In this document: piece by piece, positions 41,586-53,732 of the stretch | How positions within the stretch are numbered: position 1 is the first letter of the stretch | Layout: each line of letters opens with the position of its first letter | Source: Octopus vulgaris | Lineage: Eukaryota | DNA: 64,000 nucleotides | NCBI GenBank assembly: GCA_951406725.2 | Contig: OX597824.1 | Location: 90,024,001 to 90,088,000 of the forward strand | Direction: 5' to 3' | The notes under the pieces: model-generated | The model's database searches: none | Told to the model about the DNA's origin: nothing | The model's input: only the letters and a program-made list of their open reading frames with translations | Made by a program: the position numbers and the translations under genes

Positions 41586-42003
41586 AGGCGTAGGAGTGGC
41601 TGTGTGGTAAGTAGCTTGCTTACCAACCACATGGTTCTGGGTTCAGTCCCACTGCGCGGCACCTTAGGCAAGTGACTTCTACTATAGCCTCAGGTCAACC
41701 AAAGCCTTATGAGTGGATTTGGTAGACGGAAACTGAAAGAAGCCCATCATATATATGTATATATATATATGCATGTGCGTGTATATGTTTGTGTGTCTGT
41801 GTTTGTCGCCCCAACATTGCTTGACAACCGATGTTGGTGTGTTTACATCCCCGTCACTTAGCGGTTCAGCAAAAGAGACCAATAGAATAAGTACTAGGCT
41901 TACAAAGAATAAGTCCTGGGGTTGATTTGCTTGACTAAAGGCGGTGCTCCAGCATGGCCACAGTCAAATGACTGAAACAAGTAAGAGAGTAAGAGTAAAG
42001 AGA
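41586..42003 (+). mobile_element. tRNA-derived SINE family A (full-length representative)
   Basis: tRNA-like head (gtggctgtgtggtaag...gggttcagtccc), CORE-like ccttgggcaagtg segment, internal (TA)/(TG) tract, tail ggcggtgctccagcatggccacagtcaaatgactgaaacaagtaa(gag)n. Other copies at about 466-850(+), 1780-2188(+), 8682-9015(+), 9538-9920(+), 19695-19980(+), 24969-25362(+), 31575-31730(-), 39537-39658(-), 50341-50769(-) and 59517-60249(+). Resembles SINE types known from Octopus; exact family name not assigned. Confidence 0.9.
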
Positions 42004-45000
42004 ATAGTTTGCTTGCCACTGAACTTTAAAAGCTACAGAATTGTCCCTTTTCGTAATTCGTAGAATGAGATGGCTTTGTGGTCAGAGCATTCAGCTCACA
42101 ACCATAAGATCATGAGTTCAATTCCCAGCAATGCATTGTGTCCTTAAGCAAGACACTTTATTTCACATTGCTCCAGTCCACTCAACTGGCAAAAATAAGG
42201 AGTGCCTGTAATTCAAAGGGGCCAGCCTTGACACACTGTCATTCTGAATCTCCCTGAAGACTGCATTAAGGGTACATATGTCTGTGGAGTGCTCAGCCAC
42301 CTGCACGTGAATTTCATGAGTAGGCTGTTCCATCAATCGGATCAACTAGAACCCTTGTTGTTGTAACTGACAGAGTACCAGTTAACATGAGAAACATTTA
42401 ACAGATGTTTTAAAGAAAATAAAGGGGCCATGTCTATACAATCTTGCCATGGACAGTAAAAGAGGGACTGACAGGACACTGCCTTTCCAATTCTTATACC
42501 TTCATCAATGAGCAGTTATCTTATAGTTTGCTTCTACAAGTAATTTACTTGTCCCCTTATATCATGTGTACAGGGATGGCTGTGTGGATAAGAACTTCAC
42601 TTCAGTTCTATGTGCACAGGAGCTGTCTCACTGTGTGAATGTTGTCGGCTGGTCACCTCTACTATAGCCACAGGTCACCCATTTCCTTGTGAGGGAAACT
42701 GGTTGACAGAACTGAAAAATTCAGACAAGTATATACATGTATATATATATGTGTGTGTAACTGCCTGAAATGGTCAGGACTTCTGAGACTTGACTGATGA
42801 AAGAAAGCTAAGAATGACCCCTCTTTTTTTTGCCTGTCCTTTTAATTGTTGTTTCTCTTGACCACTTGTGTATCGTCTATCTGTCCAAACATGTTTTAAT
42901 GCCCTCTATTGCATTTTTGTTCCATTTTTATACATATGTATGTATATCGTCGTTTAGCGTCCGTTTTCCATGCTAGCATGGGTTGGACGGGTCAACTGGG
43001 GTCTGTGAAGCTGGAAGGCTTCGTCAGGCCCAGTCAGATCTGGCAGTGTTTCTACGGCTGGATGCCCTTCCTAACGCCAACCACTCCGCGAGTGTAGTGG
43101 GTGTTTTTTACGTGCCACCTGCACAGGTGCCAGACAGAGCTGGCGAACGGCCACGAACGGATGGTGCTTTTACGTGTCACCGGCACGGGGCCAGGCAATG
43201 CTGGCAACGGACACGAACGGATGGTGCTTTTACGTGCCACCGACACGGGGTCAGACAGAGCTGGCAACCGGCCACGAACGGACAGTGCTTTTACGTGTCA
43301 CCGGCACGATATATATATATATATCACCGTGATCACCCAGGCTATCTGATGTTGCTACACATCGCTGGTCACAATGCGCTTCACATTGATTTAGCCTTCA
43401 AATTATGCCACTTTGCTGGCTAAGTGAGCAGGCCAGCAGAAGAAAGAGTGAGAGAAAGTTGTAACGAAAGAGTACAGCAGGGATCGCCACCCCCCCACCC
43501 CTGCCGGAGCCTCATGGAGCTTTAGGTGCTTTCGCTCAATAAACACTCACAACACCCGGTCTGGGAATCGAAACCACGATCCTACAACCTCGAGTCCACT
43601 GCCCTAACTACTGGGCAGTATATATATATACTTGGCAACCTCACTAGTGCCAGTGTCACAGAAAATGCACCCAGTGTTAGTACACTACCACTGTAGAAAC
43701 TATGCCAAAACTGACACAGGAGTTCAATATGATTTTGCAGCTTGCCAGATCTTGTCAAACTGTCCAACTCCAGTGAGATTGGAAAATGGTAATGATGACA
43801 TTGTATATGAAAATTAAGTACAATCCATCTTGTGTTATTGGCTGAGTATTTCATAAACACTTGTGACATTGACGTAATCTATAGGCAGCATCAGTATGAC
43901 ACTATGTGGTAAGGTCAAACCTTTCAATTATTGACACAGTTTCTCCAGCAAATTTACTCTTAGTTTCAGTAAAAGGCTTTAGGTCAACCCAGAGCTTTTG
44001 GAAAAAGACCCTTGAATAAGGTGCCACAAAATGGAATTAAACTGAAGATCTCAAGATTAGCAAGTGGTCTTTTGGTCATACCTGTCCATTAGTCAAATGT
44101 ATGACAAACATCCACATGTATAAGTTTGCACACATAATTATATGTGTATTTGTGTGCATGTGTGCATATGCATGCATGCACACACGTGTACATACATGCA
44201 TACATGCATCCACACATACATACATATGTACATACGAGCAAGGTCGTTGCCAGTACCGCCTGACTGGCCCCCATGTCGGTGGCACGTAAAAAGCACCCAC
44301 TACACTCTCGGAGTGGTTAGCGTTAGGAAGGGCATCCAGCTGTAGAAACTCTGCCAGATCAAGATTGGAGCCTGGTGCAGCCATCTGGTTCGCCAGCCCT
44401 CAGTCAAAATCGTCCAACCCATGCTAGCATGGAAAGCGGATGTAAAACGATGATGATGATGATGATGATACAGCAGTACACACATTCATACTTGCATGCA
44501 TACATCTATGCACTCGCACACACACATTATTTCGTTAACAATACATTTTGGGAAAGTACAAATATCCAGAACCCTCTTGAAGTCAAAGAGATTTCCTTTC
44601 TTTCGCTGCTGCATTCTTCAGAATTCCAAATAATTAATAACCACAGGAATCCATGGATGTGTTTGATAAGTTCCGCTGCTCTACTTCTAAAAAGGAGAGA
44701 GAAGGAATGAAAGAAAAAGACAGAGAGAGAGAGAGAGAGATAAGGAAGTGGTGTTGTTGTTTGGGTTATCAGTAAATAAACTGCTACGTATTTTCTGAAA
44801 GTATTGGTTAACACATTTATGCCTATATCTAATACACACACACACCACTTTTACTGCAATAGTTGTCTTTCATCCCACAGGCAACCTGTAGTTTGCTTTT
44901 CATCTCCCATTCTAACATAAAACCGTTATAAATTCTTGAAGAACTTTCAGGGGGTCCGTTTGCAGCTTTGGTTTTACAGCGAGAAGAGAAACAAGAATAA

Positions 45001-45152
45001 ATCCCTCTTGGAATCGAATACCAATCGATCAAACGTTCATCCATTCTCAGATGATTTGCCTTCTCCGTTCTTAAACCCCTTTTCTCTACACATCGACGTA
45101 TTTTCTATAATTTGCTATTTCAGTTTATTTTATTTTTTCTTCATTCTTACAG

Positions 45153-45218
45153 GAAGGTCAAGTATTGGAGTGTACACAGATCAATGATGTCAGGCTTGGA
45201 ACGGTACCCAAGATAAAT
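45153..45218 (+). CDS. PLCB4: PLC-beta coding exon 3 (PH domain)
   Basis: cttacag|GAA...AAT|gtaagc; 66 nt, EGQVLECTQINDVRLGTVPKIN (cf. [20 protein letters not shown]); phase 0/0. The exact 3' end (45212 vs 45218) is discussed under findings. Confidence 0.9.
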
Positions 45219-45319
45219 GTAAGCTTGCCAACTTTTGTATTCTCAGATACTTCTACAAGTGGTGGCTCAGTTGTTGTTAGTTATTGTTGTAGCTATCGAT
45301 GCTGTTGTTAGTGTGAAGT

Positions 45320-46141
45320 GAAGTGTTGTTAGTTTGGAATGAAGTGTTGTTAGTTTAGAGTGAGGTGTTGCTAATTTGGAGTGAGGTGTTGTTAATTTGG
45401 AGTGAAGTGCTTTTAGTTTGGAGTGAGGTGTTTTTAGTTTGGAGTGAAGTGTCGTTAGTTTGGAGTGAGGTGTTGTTAGTTTGGAGTGAGGTGTTGTTAG
45501 TTTGGTGTGAGGTGTTGTTAGTTTGGAGTGAGGTGTTGTTAGTTTGGAAAGCTATGTTAATTTGGAGTGAGGTGTTGTTAATTTGGAGTGAGGTGTTGTT
45601 AATTTGGAGTGAAGTGTTGTTATTTTGGAGTGAGGTGTTTTTAGTTTAGAGTGAGGTGTTGTTAGTTTGGAGAGCAATGTTGTTAATTTGAAGTGAGGTG
45701 TTGTTAGTTATGAGAGAGGTGTTGTTAATTTGGAGTGAGATGTTGTTAATTTGGAGTAAGCTGTTTTTAGTTTGGAGTGAGGTGTGGTTAGTTTGGAGTA
45801 AGATGTTGTTTGGAGTGAGGTGTTACTAGTTTAGAATGAGGTGTTGTTTGTAATGAGATGTTGTTAGTTTGGAGTGGAGTGTTGTTAGTTTGGAGTGGAG
45901 TGTTGTTAGTTTTGAGTGAAGTGTTGTTAGTTTGGAGTGAGGTGTTGTTAGTTTGGAGTGGAGTGTTGTTAGTTTAGAGTGAGGTGTTGTTAGTTTAGAG
46001 TGGAGTGTTGTTAGTTTAGAGTGAAGTGTTGTTAGTTTGGAGTGAGGTGTTGTTAGTTTGGAGTGGAGTGTTGTTAGTTTAGAGTGGAGTGTTGTTAGTT
46101 TCGAGTGAAGTGTTGTTAGTTTTGAGTGAGGTGTTGTTAGT
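45320..46141. repeat. 21-bp minisatellite (GGAGTGAGGTGTTGTTAGTTT)n, roughly 39 units
   Basis: Direct reading; accounts for the 7-aa periodic ORFs WSEVLLV and TLHSKLT. Confidence 0.95.
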
Positions 46142-46949
46142 GCTGCACCTGTTAGCATGATGGACTTCCATACATTTTCCAGCTGCCAATTTTCTTCACA
46201 AGTTAATTGTCACCCTGAGACTATAGTTGAAGACAATTGCCCAAAGTGACATGCTATGGGATTGAACGCAAACCATGTAGCTATGGCTTTGAAGAGAACC
46301 TTGTATCCATTCAGCCATGGCCTGCACCTCCCATGCCTCGGGAGAGTGTAATTTGAGCAAGCTTGACTGCTATTTCTAGTTAGTTAAATGACCTTATAAG
46401 GCCCACCACTTCATTGAGGAGAATTTAGATGCCATTTTTTAGCAGATTGCGTGACCATGCATAGGTTCCCGTGTTGAGTCACGAGTGCCCTTTTTTCTGT
46501 CTAGAAGGCAGAATATTAGATTCAGTCCCCGGAGGAAGCAATGTGTTGTAGATCTAGCGGAACTCTAGTACAGCTGTTTTGGCCATGTGATGCTGGCACT
46601 GGACACTGGCAAGGATTCACCGAGACCAAACCGTTCGGCTGCTGGTTGCTGGCATCAGCCACTCACAGACTCTGCAGTTGAGCAAAGCAACACTTTCTCT
46701 CTCTCTCTCTCTCTCTGCTTTCCTCTCCTTCTTATGACATCTCTCACTATCTCTGACTCACCTTTCCCTTGCTCTCCATCTCTTACTTGGACACACACGC
46801 ACACACACACACACACACACAAATCTGTACATTCACATTCACACGGACTGAAGCTGGTGTTGAATTCATTTCTTTTAAACAATCATCAAAGTGACTTCAA
46901 GCCAAATTCTCTCTCTTTCTCTCTCTCTCTTTCTCTTTCTCTCTCTCTT

Positions 46950-46991
<42 letters not shown>

Positions 46992-49685
46992 TCCAACTTT
47001 TCCCTGCTTTTTGTGAATCGCTCTCTCTCTCTCTCTCCCGCTCTCTCTCTCTCCTATTTTCCCTGTTTTTTGTGAGTCTCTCTCTCTTTCCCTCTCTCTC
47101 CCGCTCTCTCTCCCCTCTCTCTCTCTCCTATTTTCCCTGCTTTTTGTGAGTATCTCTCTCTTTTTATCCCCCTCCATCACACATATTCATTTTCTTCACT
47201 GCTCTCTCTATCTCTATCTCCCTCTCTCTATTCCATTTAGTCTTTCTCCTTCCAATCTTTTCTTTGCATTTCTTCCTTTCTCTCTCACCTTCTCCCCCCC
47301 CCCCCTCTCTCTCTCTCTGTAACTACACTCCAAAGGTGGAAAAGGCACAAGTATGACCACCTGCATCCTCCCACTACACACCCTCCACCCCAAAGCTAAC
47401 CCACTTTCTCCTCCTCCTCCTCCTCCTCCCCACCCTCCTTTCTCTCTCCTCTTTTCTCTCTCTCCCCCTCTCTCTCATCTCTCTTTCCTCTCTTCAAAGA
47501 CTTGATTAATGCTGGATTATGGGGAGGAATTCCCGCAACACTTTGATCTGCCAGTGGCTAATGTGTAATTAGCTAATTACAATCTCGTTTGTGGAAATTG
47601 CCTCAAATTACAGGGTGCCAACTTCGTAGTTTGTGGGTAGTTTCTAATTAAGGGTGCTTGCATTATGCTCCACCTCCGCACTTACAGAGGTAGGTGTGTG
47701 TGTGTGTGTGTGTGTATATGCAAATGCTTTGTGTGTTTATACTACAGAGAATTTTCTGCATGTATGTGTATGTGTGTGTGTATGTGTGCTTATACTCATA
47801 TAATGGTATGTGTGTAGTTTTGTTTACACCTGTGTGTGTGTGTGTGTGTTTTGTTTGTGTGTGTTTTGTGTATGTCTGTGTTTGACTATTAATGTTTGTT
47901 TCTATCATATTTTTCTTTCTTTTTTGTTTTTTTTTTTTGTTTTTGTTGTCTGAACAGTCCCTTAGGTGAGTGTCCTCTACTTTAGCCCCAGGCCAACCAA
48001 TGCCTTGTGAGTAAATTTGGTAAATGGAAACTACGCAGAAGCCCATCATATCTATCTCATCATTGTCATCATCATCATCATTGTCATTTCACGTTGGTTT
48101 TCCTTGCTGGCATGGGTTGGATGGTTTGACAGGAGCTGGTGAGGCCAGGGGCTGGTGAGGCCAGGGGCTGGTGAGGCCAGGGGCTGGTGAGGCCAGGAGC
48201 TGCACTGGGTCCCATTGTCTACTTTGGCAAGGTTTCTACAGCTGGATGCCCTTCCTAATGCCAACCCCTTTACAGCACGTGCTGGCTGCTTGTGCGTGTA
48301 TATGTGTGTCTCTGTTTGTGTGTGTGTTGTTGTTGTTGTTGTTAAGCAACAAGGTGGGTAAGGGTGATTAGGTGATGGTCTAGGGCTTAGGGGCGGGAGA
48401 CCCCAGACCTTGGAAAAAGAAAAAAAACTTTGGTCATCTTGTAGTCGAGGGCTCTTCATTGATGCCTGGCACTACTGGGAGGTGGCCCTCGAAGTTGCTG
48501 GAAATGGAGATCTCCAGGTCCAAATTCTTGGACAGCTGCATGTGTGTGTGTGTGTGTCTGTCTCCACCAATACTTGTCAACAGGTGTTGATTTGTTTATA
48601 TCGCTTTAACTTAGTGGTTCAACAAAAAGGGAATAATAGAACAAATACCAGTCATGTAAAAAAACATAAGCACCTAGGTCAATTTGTTCAACCAAATCCC
48701 TTCTAGAGATTGCCCCAGCGTGACCGTAGTCCAATGGCCATAGTCCAAGTAAAACATAAAGGATTTTCATAATGGTCAGAACCATACCTTTATAAACTGG
48801 CATACAGGGAAAGGACATTTAACATAGACTAGCATTAGACATACAGTACGACTGAGGGGACATACATCAAGGTAGAGCCCTACATAAGGTTACAGAATGC
48901 CCCCTTAGGTATTTTCCTTCAGCCATTTTGTAAATTCTCTAAATTAACATCATTGGATTCCCTCTATTTCTTCTTCTTCATCATCATCATAATTTTAGTG
49001 TCCACTTTTCCATGCTTGCATGGGTTGGACAAAATTCTTTGTGGCAAAATTTTCTGAAGCTGGGTGCTCTACCTGTTGCCAACCCTCAGCTGTTTCCAAG
49101 TGAGATAATATTTCATTTAGTCCTTCAGACTCAAAGCACTCCTATTGTTGCTAACCTCACCTTGTTTCCTAGCAAGATCTTCAGACTCCCTCTAAAATAC
49201 AAAAGATCAATGGCAAAACACGATTTTCACAGTAGATCACTAAAAAATGCAAATTGACTGCTGTTAGTTTTGCCAAGTAAAATATGACTTGCAGAAGAGA
49301 ATCAATAAGGTGGAAACTTGTCTGTTGCTTTCACCAATTTGCTTAAAGACTTAAAGACAACATCCACTCTTGTCCTACATTTCCTGTAATTTTTCTGAAA
49401 CTTCAGCTTATTCATTTTATATAAGTTATCTCCGTTGGATGTTCTTTTTAGGTTTTTAACACTACATACATACAAACATGCACACATGTATACACACATG
49501 GTGGTTGTCTACTCCCTATGCAGAGTGTGACCACCTCTTGTACCTATGCCTTAGTTCCATCACGGCGTCTGATGTGGCTTTTTAAACCTGACAGTGTATT
49601 GAAAAGACACCCACATACATACAAATACACACACACACACACACACACACATAGCTGTATAATAATATATCATAATAATATATAT

Positions 49686-49916
49686 ATTTCTTTATTACCC
49701 ACAAGGGGCTAAACACAGAGGTGACAAACAAGGACAGACAAACGGATTAAGTCAATTACATCAACCCCAGTGCATAACTGGCACTTAATTTTTTGACCCC
49801 GAAAGGATGAAAGACAAAGTTGACCTTGGCGGAATTTGAACTCAGAACGTAACGGCAGATGAAATACGGCCACGCATTTCGCCTGGAGTGCTAACGTTTC
49901 TGCCAGCTTGCCGCCT
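49686..49916 (-). mobile_element. SINE family B (ggcggcgagctggcagaaacgttagc...ctttcatcctttcggggtcgataaa...gccccttgtgggyaataaagaaata)
   Basis: B-box-like gagttcaaattcc and a conserved central domain. Copies at about 1232-1463(-), 16610-17040(+), 17420-17650(-), 20525-20740(+), 27325-28065(+, three tandem copies separated by (TTA)n), 40503-40921(-, dimer), 56795-57170(-, dimer) and 62345-62556(-). Confidence 0.85.
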
Positions 49917-50883
49917 TCATAATAATATATAGTCTCCGATTTGAAGGAACAATTTTTAAATACAAACAAGTGACTGTAAAATGATGAGCTAACCCTAGCC
50001 AGAATCAAACCTACAAATCAATGCTAACATGGCTCCTTGCATATCCAATTGGGCCAAATAGTCAGCCTTCAATTTCAGTCAAATTTAATGAATATGTGCT
50101 TAAACTGTTTAATATTACATATAATATTTGTAAACAAACCAGAAAGGCTTTGTGAGTTTGTATTTGAAAATTGTCACTTCAAATCAGAGAATATATATTA
50201 TTGTACTATGAGTCTTCCATAGTAGCTTTCTCTCCATAACCTAAAAAACCTTCCTGGTCTGTTTACAAATATTATATATATATACATACATACATACATA
50301 CATACATGCATACACACTCACATACGCATACATACATATCTCTTCTTTTATCTTTTACCTGTTTCAGTCATTAGACTGTGGCCATGCTGGGGCACTGCCT
50401 TGAACAATTTTAGTCAAATGAATTGACCCCAATGCTTATTATTTTTCTTTAACCCTGGTATTTATTCTATCGATCTCTTTTGCCAAGCTGCTAAGTTATG
50501 GGATTGTAAACACACTAACACTAATTGACAAATGTGATAGGGGACAAACGCACACACACACACACACACACATGCACATACACACACACACACACACACA
50601 CACTCCTATACAACAGGCTTCTTTCAGTTTCTCTCTAAGAAATTCATTCACAAGGCTTTGGTTGTCTCAGGGCTATAGTAGAAGATACTTGCCCAAGGTG
50701 CCACACTGTGGGACTGAACCTGAAACCATGTGGTTGGGAAGCAAGCTCCTTACCACACAGCCACTCCTGAACCAAACACAAACCCATGTGCTGAAGAATT
50801 TAAAATGTTATTGCAGTTCTTACTGTTGTTGTTGTTTTTCTTCTTGTATTCTTAATGTTGTTGTTGTTGTTGTTGTTTTGCAG

Positions 50884-51021
50884 GAAATGAAAACCATGAC
50901 AGAACTTGAGGGCAAAGGTTCCGGCCCATTAGACGGCAGAACGGTAACAATCTGCAGTGGGCTTGATCTTGTAAACATCAATTACACTCCAATGATTGCC
51001 AGAGATGCTGAGACAGCCAAG
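50884..51021 (+). CDS. PLCB4: PLC-beta coding exon 4 (PH domain)
   Basis: gttttgcag|GAA...AAG|gtttgt; 138 nt, EMKTMTELEGKGSGPLDGRTVTICSGLDLVNINYTPMIARDAETAK (CSGxDLVNI motif); phase 0/0. Confidence 0.94.
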
Positions 51022-51350
51022 GTTTGTCTTAAATATATCTATACTCATTCAGGGGGTCATTCACTAGGGGTCGGGGTAGCAAGAGTGTGTGCTGCCGGGG
51101 ACAACCCTTCTGTTTGCCATCCCTGGACCCCGCAAAAATCCCATATTGCCTACAGCACACCCGAAAGTGCTGCCCCTTTAAAATAGCGGACCATCCCTAT
51201 GCCCCCCCCCCCCTACCAGCTATGCTAGTGAGGCCATTGATTATTTTTTAATTAATTTTTATTTGTTATTTGTGTGTCTATTTTGGAGCTCGTTTTGAAC
51301 AAGATGGCTGTGGTATTTATGATGACAGTTAGGAACAACTGGAAAATATG

Positions 51351-51930
51351 TTTCTTTATTAGCCACACAGGGCTGAACACAGATGGGACAAATTACAAAG
51401 TAGAACTTTTCTTTTAGGGGAGAGAAAAAAAAAATTGGGGTATGTTTTCGATCAAAAGGGATCATAAAAAGAGAGAAAAAAAAAACGATCAATAAGGATC
51501 ATGTATCACAGAAATGTCATGATGCATAGTGTAAAGGGGGAAACAGATAAGGTTTATCTGTGGAAAGAAAAGCCTATGGAAAAGACCACGGTAACCTTGG
51601 TCAATAATGTGACAGGTAACTCTCTGTTTAAAATTTTTCCGGGTTCATTGGATCATACTCAAGGTGGCTTCATCATTCATACATGCCATCCTTGCTACAT
51701 TCACCCATCTTTTTTTGAAACATTCGCTAGACAAAACTTGCCTCTCTACTCTCACTTTCCTTTTCAAGTGATGCTTGAAGAAGTTGATGAGAGATTGACC
51801 AGAGAGGAAAGTGTTTGTCTCTAATCCTTTCAGACGCGTCCACTAGATACATTCTTTCGCCATAGCCACAAGTATGATGAAAATAGCGCTTCCTTCTCGT
51901 TTGAAAGAAGGAGGCATGGCGATACAACTG
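51351..51930 (-). mobile_element. 3' end of a Tx1/L1-clade LINE (ORF2 C-terminus and 3' UTR)
   Basis: Minus frame 51926-51645: CIAMPPSFKREGSAIFIILVAMAKECI*WTRLKGLETNTFLSGQSLINFFKHHLKRKVRVERQVLSSECFKKRWVNVARM...* (AKxxIWxxR...F.KRW pattern; one premature stop). UTR ends cagccctgtgtggctaataaagaaa. Confidence 0.65.
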
Positions 51931-52672
51931 GAAAATAAAAGCTTCTGTGTTTGTACAAACATTCTGGGTTTCAGTATAAAGTTAAAATTTGTGCCATTTG
52001 TGTCACCCATTCAAGATTGTATGTATAATATATTTGCATTGAGGCAATTTAATGAGGTGTGTTATTAAATATACACCATTCTGCAGCTAGCCAATTAAAA
52101 GGGGTTGTATTGTTTGCGAATACAATGAAGAGCTAGGCTGATAAGATAGATTATGTTACTGTACAAATTAAAAAAGTGTGAAGGCATGTGATTAGGGTTA
52201 CATTCATGGACAAAGCAGAGATGCAATTACATCTGATGACATAATCTAACAGGCAGAGACAATAAGTACTCAGGATGGCTTCCCATTAGAACTCCAACTT
52301 GAACTGTGACTAAAACAAAAGTGGTTTTGTGGCTATCCGATAATGAATGGCTATAAGTGGTTCATCTTTGAGTGGGAGGAAGATATACTTTTAGAAAGAA
52401 AGAATACCATGTGTTTTGCTTGCTCTTCATTTTCTTTCTAATATATACAGAAATGGACCACAGAACTCTACACATTTTTTTTCCTTCTCTCTCTATTTAC
52501 TTCCTCTTATTCCTTTCTGTTGAAGAGCTTATGCTCGAAACGTGAAAGACTTTTACATTTTTCCCAAGCATCAAACTATTACACTTGCTTGTTCTTCATA
52601 CATCTGTCTTCATCTTTTGTTTTTCTATAAATTTCAACTGTATATATATATATATATATGTGGGTGTGCGTG

Positions 52673-52706
<34 letters not shown>

Positions 52707-53452
52707 TACATAAAGACACACATTATATATAGTTTGGTGATGCGATCATGAGAACTTAAACCAAATCATAAACTTGGTTTATATCTATCATTGTTTGAAA
52801 TGCATAATAGTGGTTTTTCTTTAATTTATATCTTATATATATATCTATTGAGTCAAGTACATAACATCAACATCAAAATAAATGTCAAATGGAAATTGTA
52901 GTTGTGATACCTGTGCCAGTGGCATGTAAAAAGCACCATCCGAACATGGCCGATGCCAGTGCTGCCTTCACTGGCTTCTGTGCCGGTGGCACATAAAAGG
53001 CACCCACTACACTCATGGAGTGGTTGGCGTTAGGAAGGGCATCCAGCTGTAGAAACACTGCCAGATCAGACTGGAGCCTGATGCAGCCTCCTGGCTTCTT
53101 ACACCCCGGTCGAACCATCCAACTTGTGCTAGCACGGAAAATGGACATTAAACGATGATGATGATGATATATATATATTTAGTACAATGTAAAATAGAGG
53201 TTATGAATGTAACCCACTATGGGATATCAATTATCCAATATACTGTTGGTAAAGTACTCAAATTCTTAATACATAAATGCTTTTAATTGCAATGCAATTA
53301 ATTCATTTATTGTATTAAATGGGTGAAGGTAAAAAATATTTTTACCATATATATATGTATGTGTGTGTGTGTGTCAATAATATTAATAATAATAATAATA
53401 ATAATAAGGATTATTACGAAGTAGCATAGCATTATCTTTAATTGCTTTATAG

Positions 53453-53497
<45 letters not shown>

Positions 53498-53599
53498 AAT
53501 GAGGATAAGATTGTTAATCTAAATTAAATAATGATCTTATCAAGTGGCCAGCATGGAAATAAAAATTTTCAAAGGTAATAATTATTATTAAAATTATAA

Positions 53600-53732
53600 C
53601 TTAGGGTATCTTACGAGATACCACCATGCTGAAAATAGCAGCTAGAATCTGACTCTAAAACCACCTTCAGTGTTTTAGAGTCAGATCCTAGCTGCTATTT
53701 TCAGCATGGTGGTATCTCGTAGATACCCTAAG
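53600..53732. repeat. Near-perfect inverted repeat, about 60-bp arms
   Basis: cttagggtatcttacgagataccaccatgctgaaaatagcagctagaatctgactctaaaac pairs with gttttagagtcagatcctagctgctattttcagcatggtggtatctcgtagataccctaag (one bulge, one mismatch). Confidence 0.95.

Noticed and set aside
45213-45220. U12-type AT-AC intron starting at ATAAAT
   Set aside because: Does not match the U12 donor consensus ATATCCTT, and the downstream acceptor is a normal CAG.
53672-53680. GTTTTAGAG, the start of the Cas9-type CRISPR repeat
   Set aside because: Single 9-nt match inside one arm of a hairpin; expected by chance.
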